Assembly: GCA_001818675.1 (NCBI GenBank)
Contig: MHJF01000011.1
Location: 1 to 44,596, forward strand
Direction: 5' to 3'
Length of the DNA: 44,596 nucleotides
Origin: Candidatus Harrisonbacteria bacterium RIFCSPHIGHO2_02_FULL_40_20
Lineage (GTDB): Bacteria > Patescibacteriota > Minisyncoccia > UBA6257 > WO2-44-18
A program made the position numbers and the translations under genes. The first letter of the stretch is position 1. Each line of letters opens with the position of its first letter. This document shows, piece by piece, positions 27,053 to 35,822 of the stretch. The notes under the pieces were generated by a model that saw nothing but the letters and a program-made list of their open reading frames with translations, made no database searches and was not told where the DNA came from.

Positions 27053-28771
27053 ATGCTTCAGATCCCTAATGAAAAATTAAAGGATTTTTTAGTGGGCCGG
27101 GGAACGGTTACCGCGGAGGATTTTGATTTAGCTATTCAAGAGGCGGAGAGGCAGGGGCAAGCGCTTTCTAATATATTAATTACTCGTAATTTAATAGCGC
27201 TGGATGATTTTAATAAATTATTGGCTGATTATTTTGGGGTGGAGTTAGCGGATTTAGCCAAACGAAAAATTGATGAAGAAATTTTGCGTTTATTGCCGGA
27301 AGAGTTGGCTAGGCAAAAGCGGGCTATTGTTTTTAGTCGAGAGGCTGACGGCAGTTTAAATGTGGCGATGGAAGATCCTAGTGATCTTCCGACGATTGAA
27401 TTTCTTTCGCGATACTTAAACGCCCAGCTGCGTTTATTTTTAGCCTCGAGCGAGGATCTAAATCGGGGCTTTGTTTATTACGGGCGGAAGTTGGCTTATG
27501 ATTTTAAGAAAATTATTGAAGAAAATATTCAGGCGACTTTAAAGAGTCGGGCTTACGGAAAAGAAGAAAAAGAAGCGGCTTTGGAGCTACCCATCGTTTC
27601 CATTGTTGATAATCTTTTATCTTATGCTATGGCTAGCCGGGCGTCGGATATTCATATTGAAATCTTGGATGAGGAAATTTTAGTGCGTTTTAGAATTGAT
27701 GGCGTACTCCATGAAATCGTCAGAATTCCTAAAGAAGTCCATGCTTCTATTACGGCGCGTCTGAAGCTTCTATCGGGCTTGAAGCTGGATGAACATGGCA
27801 AGCCGCAAGACGGCCGTTTTCGTTATAAAATGTCTGGCGATCTTATGGATGTTCGGGTAGCGGTGATGCCCACTTATTATGGAGAAAAAGTTGAAATGCG
27901 TTTATTGTCCGCGGCTCAGCGCGCCCCTTCTTTAGATGAATTAGGATTTTTGGCGGATCACAAAGAAATAATTTTAAGAAACATTAAAAAAACTTACGGG
28001 ATGGTTTTGGTATGCGGCCCTACTGGCGCTGGTAAAACCACCACCTTATACGCGCTGATTAATATTTTAAATAGGCCTGAGGTTAATATTGCTACCATTG
28101 AAGATCCAATTGAATACGATATTAAATATATCAATCAAACTCAGATTAATCCTCAAGCCGGAGTTACTTTTGCGGATGGATTAAGGGCGTTGCTCCGGCA
28201 AGACCCGAATATTATTTTGGTCGGAGAAATTAGAGATGGAGAAACTGCTGATGTTGCTGTGCAGGCCGCGTTGACCGGCCATTTAGTAATTTCCAGCTTG
28301 CACACCAATGACGCTCCTACGGCTGTGCCGCGGCTGGTAGATATGAAAATACCACCATTTTTAGTGGCGGCGGTGTTAAACGCGATTTCTTCGCAAAGAT
28401 TGGTAAGAAAGTTATGTCAGGATTGTAAGAAAGAATATAAACCGGACGCAGCATTAGTAGGAAATATTAGGGAAAAATTTAAAGAAATTGGGTTGGATGA
28501 AATAAAATTTAAAGCCCCCCGGATTTTATATGGGCCGCAGGGCTGTGATTCTTGCAATCATAGCGGTTATAAAGGAAGATTAGGTATTTTTGAAGTTATT
28601 GATGTTACCGATGATGTGAGGCGAGCCATCGTGAAGCCGGATTTTACTTTAGATTATTTAAAAGAAGTAATCCGCAAGCAGGGTGTTATGACTATGTTTG
28701 AAGATGGCCTAAGAAAGGTTGAGGGAGGGTTAACCAGCTTAGAAGAGGTGTTGAGAGTGCTTGGAGAATAA
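27053..28771 (+). CDS. pilB: Type IV pilus assembly ATPase PilB/GspE
   Basis: ASDIHIE, RFRIDG, GPTGAGKTTT, TIEDPIEY, LRQDPN, TGHLV, CxxC...CxxC. Confidence 0.95.
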   Translation: MLQIPNEKLKDFLVGRGTVTAEDFDLAIQEAERQGQALSNILITRNLIALDDFNKLLADYFGVELADLAKRKIDEEILRLLPEELARQKRAIVFSREADGSLNVAMEDPSDLPTIEFLSRYLNAQLRLFLASSEDLNRGFVYYGRKLAYDFKKIIEENIQATLKSRAYGKEEKEAALELPIVSIVDNLLSYAMASRASDIHIEILDEEILVRFRIDGVLHEIVRIPKEVHASITARLKLLSGLKLDEHGKPQDGRFRYKMSGDLMDVRVAVMPTYYGEKVEMRLLSAAQRAPSLDELGFLADHKEIILRNIKKTYGMVLVCGPTGAGKTTTLYALINILNRPEVNIATIEDPIEYDIKYINQTQINPQAGVTFADGLRALLRQDPNIILVGEIRDGETADVAVQAALTGHLVISSLHTNDAPTAVPRLVDMKIPPFLVAAVLNAISSQRLVRKLCQDCKKEYKPDAALVGNIREKFKEIGLDEIKFKAPRILYGPQGCDSCNHSGYKGRLGIFEVIDVTDDVRRAIVKPDFTLDYLKEVIRKQGVMTMFEDGLRKVEGGLTSLEEVLRVLGE

Positions 28772-28788
28772 ATTTTAAAAAAATTGGC

Positions 28789-29997
28789 ATGCGTTTTAAA
28801 TATACAGCTTCGCAATTAGATGGAAAATTAGTTGAAGGAGAAATAGAGTCTCAGTCTACTACGGAGATATTGGTTTTTTTAGGCAGAAAAGGATTAAGGC
28901 CGGTATCGATTACACCGCTGAAGGGCATTAAAACAGGCAAGAAGCTAGTATTTTTTGGACAAAGTGTTTCGGTTACTGATAAAGTTTTTTTAACTAAGTA
29001 TATTTCTTTAATGTTGAGCGTGGGAACAGATTTGTTGCGCGCGATTGATATTTTGGTGAAAGATTTTAATAAGCCGGTTTTGAGGGGCTTATTGCAGGAG
29101 ATTAAGAGTTCTTTAGAAAAAGGCCAGCCTTTTTACGCTACCTTTGAAAAATATCCTAAATATTTCTCTCCAGTTTTTGTTAATTTAGTGAAAGCTGGCG
29201 AGGCATCAGGCAATTTAGAAATAGTTTTTCAGGATTTGAGCATTTCTTTACAGAGAGATAAGGAATTGCAAACTAAAATCCGATCCGCTTTATTTTATCC
29301 CGCCTTGCTGTTTGCTTTGTCGATTGTAATTTTAGTTTTTTTGGTAACATTTGCCATACCAAAGATCGCTGAAGTTTTTGGTTCTTCTGGGGTGCAGCCG
29401 CCGTTATTTTCTAGAGTAGTTTTTGTGGTAGGCTTATTTTTAAACCAATATATTTGGTTCATTTTGGGAGGATTGGCGGTTTTAATAGTGGCGGCATTGC
29501 TTTTCTTTCGCAGCGTGTCTGGCTACCGAGTTTTAAACTATTTATTTAATATAGTTCCGGTGGTAGGAGCGGTTTCAAAAAAAATTGCTCTCCAGCGTTT
29601 TGCAGGCACTTTGAGCATTCTTATGCGTTCCGGTTTGCCCATCATTAAGGCTTTAGAGATTACTGCCGATACTTTAAACCATCATGATTTAAGCAAGGCG
29701 CTCAAACGAATTGCTAATGAAGGAATTTCTAAGGGTTTAACTTTGGGTGAGGCTTTTAGAAGAGAAGCAGCTTTTCCAGCCGTGGTTTCTAATTTAGTGG
29801 CTATTTCGGAAAAGGCAGGGCATTTAGATGGAATTCTCAAAACTCTTAGTGATTTTTATGATTCGGAGATAGATTCGTCTTTAAAGGTTTTAGTTTCGTT
29901 TTTAGAGCCCGCTCTGCTTTTGATGATTGGCGTAGTGGTTGGATTAATAGCGCTTTCTATTATTGTTCCAATTTATCAGTTGGTGGGACAGTTTTAA
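28789..29997 (+). CDS. pilC: Type IV pilus platform protein PilC/GspF
   Basis: AGEASGNL, ALFYP, SGLPIIKAL, EKAGHLD, LEPALL. Confidence 0.93.
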   Translation: MRFKYTASQLDGKLVEGEIESQSTTEILVFLGRKGLRPVSITPLKGIKTGKKLVFFGQSVSVTDKVFLTKYISLMLSVGTDLLRAIDILVKDFNKPVLRGLLQEIKSSLEKGQPFYATFEKYPKYFSPVFVNLVKAGEASGNLEIVFQDLSISLQRDKELQTKIRSALFYPALLFALSIVILVFLVTFAIPKIAEVFGSSGVQPPLFSRVVFVVGLFLNQYIWFILGGLAVLIVAALLFFRSVSGYRVLNYLFNIVPVVGAVSKKIALQRFAGTLSILMRSGLPIIKALEITADTLNHHDLSKALKRIANEGISKGLTLGEAFRREAAFPAVVSNLVAISEKAGHLDGILKTLSDFYDSEIDSSLKVLVSFLEPALLLMIGVVVGLIALSIIVPIYQLVGQF

Positions 29998-30012
29998 GAG
30001 TAATCGCGAATA

Positions 30013-30495
30013 ATGCTAATGACAGCAAATAATGCTAATAAATTTAATCGAGGGCTGACTTTAATTGAGATTTTGATTTCTATAGCGATTATTGCCCTTT
30101 TGGGCACCACGGTTTTATTGAGTTTTTCAGGATATCGGCAGCGCCAGGTTTTAGAATCATCGGCGCGGTCTTTGGCAGCTACCTTGCGAGATGCTAATAA
30201 GAAGGCTGTTAATCAGGATCAGGGCAAGGAGTGGGGCGTGCATTTTGAGCGGGCAATCAGCGGTCGCGATTTTTACGCTGTTTTTAATGGGCCGGTTTAT
30301 TTAACCCCGGTTCAACTTGTTTATTTGCCTCCCACTTTACGCTTTATTGATCCAGCTAGCGGATTCAAAGAAATAATTTTTGAAAAATTAACCGGATTGC
30401 CTTCTTTGGCCACCAATATTGTTGTTGCCTTAACTAGCAATGTTGCGATTTTCCAAACGATTATTGTTGATGGGGTGGGGAAAATACAATACTAA
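30013..30495 (+). CDS. Prepilin-type minor pilin
   Basis: NRG|LTLIEILISIAII motif. Confidence 0.85.
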   Translation: MLMTANNANKFNRGLTLIEILISIAIIALLGTTVLLSFSGYRQRQVLESSARSLAATLRDANKKAVNQDQGKEWGVHFERAISGRDFYAVFNGPVYLTPVQLVYLPPTLRFIDPASGFKEIIFEKLTGLPSLATNIVVALTSNVAIFQTIIVDGVGKIQY

Positions 30496-30502
30496 ATTTA
30501 AA

Positions 30503-31318
30503 ATGCAAAATTTTGGTGTTGCTGACGCGACAAATTTTAAAAATAAAAAGGGGCAGAGTTTAATAGAGCTTCTCTTAGCGATTGCTTTAGGATCAATGTT
30601 TATTAGTTCCGCTGTCGGGGTTTTAGTAGTGTCGTTGAGATCTGGTTCGCAGAATAAATCAATGCAAATCGCCTCTTTGTTGACGCAGGAGCTTTTAGAT
30701 AAGACAAAAGTTTTTGCTGAACAGAGATGGCTTAATGTTTATAATCTTACTAAGAGCCAACCTTATTATTTAAATTTTGTCGGAGGAACTTTTGTGGCTG
30801 TGGCTGGCATAGAGTTAATTGCGTTGGACGGCATTCAGTATAGCCGGAATTTTACAGTTGCTAACTATTTGCGAAGCGGGGCAGATGATTCTTCAACGCA
30901 AATAGTTAGGGTTACAGTTTCGTGGCAACAAGGAGCTGATGTGGCTAATATAACGCGATCCCAATATGTGGCAAGAATTCGAAATTTAGTCTGGCGTAGC
31001 AGTTCTCCGGGCAGCGGGAATGAATCTCCGGTTTTTGATACTGGCGTTAATGGGGGCGCGGCTTGGAATACCATAATGTGGCAGGGAAGTGGCGGCAGTG
31101 TTGGATTTAGAATTGCCACTTCTAATTCTTTGGCTGGGTCGTGGAATTATTTTGGGCCTGGCGGAAATCCTGCGACTTATTATCAGCCAGCTGGTTCGAA
31201 TATTCAGGCTTTAATAACGGCAGTGGATCATAATAATAAACGTTACGCGCGTTATCGCCCGTATTATCTTTCTGGCAGTCCCAGTGTCAACGAAGTGATT
31301 ATGAATTATAGCCCATGA
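30503..31318 (+). CDS. Prepilin-type minor pilin (PilV-like)
   Basis: KKG|QSLIELLLAIAL motif, VRVTVSW. Confidence 0.8.
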   Translation: MQNFGVADATNFKNKKGQSLIELLLAIALGSMFISSAVGVLVVSLRSGSQNKSMQIASLLTQELLDKTKVFAEQRWLNVYNLTKSQPYYLNFVGGTFVAVAGIELIALDGIQYSRNFTVANYLRSGADDSSTQIVRVTVSWQQGADVANITRSQYVARIRNLVWRSSSPGSGNESPVFDTGVNGGAAWNTIMWQGSGGSVGFRIATSNSLAGSWNYFGPGGNPATYYQPAGSNIQALITAVDHNNKRYARYRPYYLSGSPSVNEVIMNYSP

Positions 31319-31893
31319 GAAAAATAATTTTTGATCGATCTAAACTAACACCTTCGAAGAAACGCGGTTCTCCGACTCCAGCGGTCGGAGCCCGCTCAGT
31401 CCTCGGCGCAATTTTGCGACCAAGCAAATTGCGCCTCCGGATGCTCTTCTCAGGAATTAGTTTAGATCAAAAGATGGGTTGGAGAAGGGGTGTCTCTTCT
31501 TTGCCCCTAATTTTAATTTTGGGCGGCTTGATTACTACTATGGCCTTGGGTGCAACGCTTTTAGTCTTTCTAGTCAATAATGCTAATCTAGGAGAGAGGG
31601 CTTCGGCCGAAGCTTTGGCAATCGCCCGTTCTGGCATTGACGACGGTATTTTGCAGGTTTTACGCAATAAAAATTGTCCAGATGCTTCCTGCTTGGCTTC
31701 TTATGAAGTGAGTTTAGATAATCGAACAGCCGCAGTGACTATTTGTAAAGATTTTTGCGATGGCATAGGCAAGCACACCATCATTTCTATTGCCCAAGTT
31801 TTGACTAACCACAAAAAGATCAAAGCAATTTTAGAGACGGATCCGATAACGGGGGAAGTCTTAATTGAATCAATTGCCGATATGCCTCTTTAA
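31315..31893 (+). CDS. PilX-like minor pilin with a 44-aa repeat-derived insertion in its leader
   Basis: RRG|VSSLPLILIL; 'SAEALAIARSGIDDG' PilX-like helix. Confidence 0.7.
   Translation: MRKIIFDRSKLTPSKKRGSPTPAVGARSVLGAILRPSKLRLRMLFSGISLDQKMGWRRGVSSLPLILILGGLITTMALGATLLVFLVNNANLGERASAEALAIARSGIDDGILQVLRNKNCPDASCLASYEVSLDNRTAAVTICKDFCDGIGKHTIISIAQVLTNHKKIKAILETDPITGEVLIESIADMPL
31337..31468. mobile_element. 132-bp MITE-like element with GATCTAAACTAA/TTAGTTTAGATC ends, in frame
   Basis: 12-bp perfect TIR, extra GATC at 31333-31336, two internal hairpins; removal gives MRKIIFDQKMGWRRG. Confidence 0.75.
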
Positions 31894-31896
31894 GTT

Positions 31897-33390
31897 ATGA
31901 AAGGTAAGTCTATTTTTAAAAAAATTGTTAAATTTTTAAATCCTATTCCGGATATCGGCGGTCTTGAAATTAGCGATACTGCAATTCGGTTTATTGATTT
32001 GACTCATGGAAAGATTTTGCGGGCGGCGGTTAATTTATCTCCTGGAGTTATAACGGGGGGAGAAGTTAAAAATCGTTCGGCTTTGGTGGCGGCTTTAAAA
32101 AATTTACGGCGAGATTTAGGCATCCCGGAGAAAAGCATATTGAACGTAATTGTCACGGCGGCTTCCCCGCGAATTTATACGCAAATTTTTAGCGTGCCTC
32201 TTGGTATTCGGGATTCCAATTTAAATGAGGCTATTAAGTTGAATTTAGAAATGATCTCTCCTTTTGATATTCGGGAGGCTTATTATGACGCCCAGCCTTT
32301 GAAAGAAACGCCGTCGGGACAGGCCAGTTTTCTAGGAGCTTTTGCCAGCGCGCCCTTAGTGGATCAGTTTGTCGCCGCGCTGGAAGAAGCGGATTCTAAT
32401 GTTATTGCTTTCGAGTTTCCAGCTTTTTCTTTAGGCCGTTTGATTAAACAATTGAGCGAAGTAGATTTTTTTGGCTCCCATATTTTAACGGATGTTTCCG
32501 CGGAAGGTTTGCATTTTTTGATCTTAGTAAAAGGGGAACTCTATTTTAGTCATTTCTTGTCTTGGCGAGAAGTGCAATCTTCTCGGCCGAGCATTGCTTT
32601 AGAGGATATGATGGACGTAGTCATTAGAGAAATAAAACGGCTGGTGAGTTTTTATAATAATCGCATTAATAGGCCGTTAGACACCATTGTGTTGTCTTCT
32701 CCTAAGCCGATTCCAGAATTAGAATCTATGATTAGGAATAATTTTCCTTTGAAGTTGCAAATACCTTCTTTGGATGCTTTCCCTGAGCTTTCTTCTGCTT
32801 GGTTCCCCGCTTTGGGAGCGGCTTTGCGCGCTTTAGTTCCTAGATCAGAAGATACTTTCATTAGCTTAATGGCGGTAGGCACCGAGGAGCGATATTTTCA
32901 AAACCGGGCCGTGCATTTTATCAGTTCTTGGCGGAATATAGGTGTCGCGGTTTTTGGATTTTTGTTGGTAGTTTTTTGGGGAATGAATATGGTTTTGGCG
33001 CAGTCGGAAAAGTCGGCCGCTAAAGAGCTATCGAACAATTTATCCAAGCCGGATTTTCAGGAAGTTGATCAACTGCAGAAACAGGCGCAGGAATTTAATC
33101 GATTAGTTGCTTCGGCTTTATTTTTAAAGAGCGCGATTAGCCCACTTTCTCCATTAATGAATAGATTAAATATTTTAAGCGGTCAGAGCGTTTCTTTGGA
33201 AAGAGTCTATTTAGACCCCAATAAAAAAATTACCATTAATGGCAAGACAGCCAGCGAAGCGGAGGCAATTAATTTTAAAAATAGGCTTTTGAAAGATTCT
33301 AATTTAGATAAGGTTGTTCTGCCTCTTTCTTCTTTTCAGCCGGGCCCCAATAACACGGTATTATTTAGCGTTAATTTTGAATGGAAATAA
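31897..33390 (+). CDS. PilM-PilN-like fusion protein
   Basis: GLEISDTAIR PilM-like start, ...PALGAALR, then a TM helix, coiled coil and 'ITINGKTASEAEAINF...L' PilN-like C-terminus. Confidence 0.65.
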   Translation: MKGKSIFKKIVKFLNPIPDIGGLEISDTAIRFIDLTHGKILRAAVNLSPGVITGGEVKNRSALVAALKNLRRDLGIPEKSILNVIVTAASPRIYTQIFSVPLGIRDSNLNEAIKLNLEMISPFDIREAYYDAQPLKETPSGQASFLGAFASAPLVDQFVAALEEADSNVIAFEFPAFSLGRLIKQLSEVDFFGSHILTDVSAEGLHFLILVKGELYFSHFLSWREVQSSRPSIALEDMMDVVIREIKRLVSFYNNRINRPLDTIVLSSPKPIPELESMIRNNFPLKLQIPSLDAFPELSSAWFPALGAALRALVPRSEDTFISLMAVGTEERYFQNRAVHFISSWRNIGVAVFGFLLVVFWGMNMVLAQSEKSAAKELSNNLSKPDFQEVDQLQKQAQEFNRLVASALFLKSAISPLSPLMNRLNILSGQSVSLERVYLDPNKKITINGKTASEAEAINFKNRLLKDSNLDKVVLPLSSFQPGPNNTVLFSVNFEWK

Positions 33391-33617
33391 TTATTCAAAC
33401 ATTAGGCTGGATTGGCGCGGCGCTTATCGTTGTCGCTTATTTTTTAGTATCTCGCCAGTATTTATCCAGCCAGAGCAGGATTTATCAATTTTTTAATTTA
33501 TTGGGCGCTATGGGTGTGGGCGTCAATGTTTTTTATCAAGAGGCTTGGCCCGCGGTAGCTTTACAGATTGTTTGGGGCGTTATAGCGATTGTTTCTCTTA
33601 TACGGCCAAAGAATTAA
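33381..33617 (+). CDS. Small three-helix membrane protein (CBU_0592-like)
   Basis: LGWIGAALIVVAYFL...YQFFNLLGA...WP...QIVW pattern. Confidence 0.7.
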   Translation: MEIIIQTLGWIGAALIVVAYFLVSRQYLSSQSRIYQFFNLLGAMGVGVNVFYQEAWPAVALQIVWGVIAIVSLIRPKN

Positions 33618-33622
33618 AAGTA

Positions 33623-33663
33623 AAACCCCTCCTTTTACACTTTCGTGTGAAAAGGAGGGGTTT
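33623..33663 (-). terminator. Inverted copy of the 22978-23018 hairpin
   Basis: 37/41 identical on the minus strand; the four differences are compensatory. Confidence 0.8.
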
Positions 33664-33668
33664 ATTGA

Positions 33669-33920
33669 TTATTTAAAGGGCGGTTTCTTTTTAAGGAGGG
33701 TTTCTTGCAGAATTTTATAAATATGAGGATGTTGGTTGCGCAAATGATCTACGGCTACAAGAGTGATTCTTTCCGCGGTTTTGAAATCACCATTATCTAG
33801 AAAAAGGATGATGTTTTGGATGATTGGACTCTCATCGTCACTGCTTCCTTTTAATAGGTCTTCTAGTTTATTAGCTAATTCAATCATTTGACCGCGGGCA
33901 GTGCGGGTGTGGAAATTCAT
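33669..33920 (-). CDS. Small orphan protein (83 aa)
   Basis: AAGGAG 6 nt before the ATG; terminator downstream. Confidence 0.6.
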   Translation of the reverse strand: MNFHTRTARGQMIELANKLEDLLKGSSDDESPIIQNIILFLDNGDFKTAERITLVAVDHLRNQHPHIYKILQETLLKKKPPFK

Positions 33921-34077
33921 TTACCACTCCTTTTCATATAAAATGAGCAGATTGAATCTTATAATAACAAAGAATATTTAATTTTGCCAGGTAGTAGAAA
34001 CTTGACAAACTATCAATAATAATATATTTTATTGATTGGTACTTTCAGAACGTAGTTTTAGTTCAAGGAGGTGGCTA

Positions 34078-34356
34078 ATGCCCGAGTGTTTGAATGCTTA
34101 TATCTTTACTCGCCGTCTTGGGCTAATGGATGGCCATGGGCCGGTAATTGTTGCGGCTAGAGATTTAGCTGATGCGGAACAATATTATCGTGATGCTGTT
34201 CGCGAAAAACATAAGGCTTTGTTAAAGGAATGCGGCCAGGAACAAAATTTTTCTCGTCAGGGCGCAGATTCCCTGGCGGAAGAAGATTTGCGTCTTATGG
34301 AAGTCAAAGAAGTTCCGATTGTTTCAGGAGCCTTCCTTCTTAATGAAGGAATGTAA
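34078..34356 (+). CDS. Small orphan protein (92 aa)
   Basis: AGGAGGT before ATG 34078; TTGACA at 34002. Confidence 0.6.
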   Translation: MPECLNAYIFTRRLGLMDGHGPVIVAARDLADAEQYYRDAVREKHKALLKECGQEQNFSRQGADSLAEEDLRLMEVKEVPIVSGAFLLNEGM

Positions 34357-34370
34357 GAAAGGAGAATAGA

Positions 34371-34520
34371 ATGTTAACCTTCGTTGTTTTTTCCGGTTTT
34401 CTCTTTTTGGTCTTTGCATTATGTGACATACACACCGAACTTAAAAAAATCGTCGCTATTTTAAGTATTTTTGATTTACGGACAGAAAAAATAGAGAAGG
34501 ATAAACAAAAAGAGGATTAA
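34371..34520 (+). CDS. Unannotated 49-aa membrane peptide (MLTFVVFSGFLFLVFALCDIHTELKKI...)
   Basis: AAAGGAG at 34358-34364, open frame to TAA 34520, hairpin at 34531-34553. Confidence 0.5.
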   Translation: MLTFVVFSGFLFLVFALCDIHTELKKIVAILSIFDLRTEKIEKDKQKED

Positions 34521-34553
34521 GAGTAAATTGAAATCCGGCACTAAGCCGGATTT

Positions 34554-35069
34554 TTAATTTGGTTGTTTTAGTTTTTCAATAATCTCTAAAAGGTTTTTTT
34601 TTAATATTTTTTTATTCTCGGCAGTGATTTTTTTTAAAACAAACTCCTCGGCTTTTTGGCGCACTGTTTTTGTAGTTGGCCGGATGCCGATGCGCAATCT
34701 CCAAAAATTATTGGTCTTTAAGGCGGCTTGGATGCTTTCTATGCCGTGGTGGCCGGCAGCGCTATGGCCCGGTTCAGTAAATTTATATTTTCCAATTTCA
34801 AGGTCGCTATCGTCTTGGACAATTAGTAATGCTTCTGGCTTGATATTGTATTTATTTAACGCTTGAGCAACAAAGCGGCCGGATTCGTTCATGTATGTAT
34901 TGCTAGCCAATAGGGTATAGGGTAGAGAGTATAGGTTTTGATCTTTAAGATATTTTATAAAAATTAGGCCAACATTATGGTAAGTGTTCCTATATTTTTT
35001 TTCTGGATTGCCGAGGCCGATGATGAGTTTCGGGTTAAGGGTTAAGGGTTTAGGATGAAGGGTTGCCAT
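34554..35069 (-). CDS. pth: Peptidyl-tRNA hydrolase
   Basis: LIIGLGNP, TYHNVG, YMNESG, QDDSD, SAAGHHG, RLRIGI. Confidence 0.92.
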   Translation of the reverse strand: MATLHPKPLTLNPKLIIGLGNPEKKYRNTYHNVGLIFIKYLKDQNLYSLPYTLLASNTYMNESGRFVAQALNKYNIKPEALLIVQDDSDLEIGKYKFTEPGHSAAGHHGIESIQAALKTNNFWRLRIGIRPTTKTVRQKAEEFVLKKITAENKKILKKNLLEIIEKLKQPN

Positions 35070-35151
35070 TGATTGTATTTTAATATAATTTCACAATATT
35101 TTCTATTTTACTTGAACATATTTTATTCACGTTTTATACTAGACTACATAT

Positions 35152-35676
35152 ATGAAAAATTTTTGGCTTGCTGCTAGAGAAATTATTGAAGTAGTGGTCA
35201 TTGCTCTAGTAACGGTTTTTATTATTCGCAGTTTTTTAGTCCAGCCATTTTTAGTCAATGGAGCGAGCATGGAGCCTAATTTTGAGGATGGCAATTATCT
35301 TTTAGTAGATGAAATTTCTTATCGTTTTGCCGCGCCGCGGAGGGGAGAGGTGGTGGTATTTCGTTATCCTAATGATCGATCCGTTTTTTTTATCAAAAGG
35401 CTCGTTGGTTTGCCCGGAGAAAGATTAGTGATTAGAGACGGAAAGATTTATATTGAAGGGAAAGAATTAAGCGAAGAGTACTTGGGCCCAACGCCCCATA
35501 CAGAGGGTAAGATTTCGGTCAATTTGGGGAAAGACGAATATTTTGTTTTAGGCGATAACCGTTCTTATAGCTTTGATTCTCGTAATTGGGGGCCGATTCA
35601 AAGGGAGGATATTATTGGAGTAGCCAGAATTCGAGTATTCCCGTTTAACGCTATGAATGTTTTTAGCTACGAATAG
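35152..35676 (+). CDS. lepB: Signal peptidase I
   Basis: GASMEPNF, FIKRLVGLPGE, GDNRSYSFDSR. Confidence 0.95.
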   Translation: MKNFWLAAREIIEVVVIALVTVFIIRSFLVQPFLVNGASMEPNFEDGNYLLVDEISYRFAAPRRGEVVVFRYPNDRSVFFIKRLVGLPGERLVIRDGKIYIEGKELSEEYLGPTPHTEGKISVNLGKDEYFVLGDNRSYSFDSRNWGPIQREDIIGVARIRVFPFNAMNVFSYE

Positions 35677-35684
35677 AGTTTATG

Positions 35685-35821
35685 CCCGGTGCTACAACTT
35701 TGATGGTGTTTTCAGCAGAAAACACAAAAGTATCTGTCCCGGACAAAGACTTATAAATAATCTATATTTATTAAAACAATCAAGGTTGAATCTAAATTTA
35801 TGTCAAAGTTGTAGCACCGGG
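35685..35821. mobile_element. 137-bp MITE-like element with 19-bp perfect TIR and a TATG target duplication at the hisS start codon
   Basis: CCCGGTGCTACAACTTTGA ... TCAAAGTTGTAGCACCGGG; TATG at 35681-35684 and 35822-35825. Confidence 0.85.
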
Positions 35822-35822
35822 T

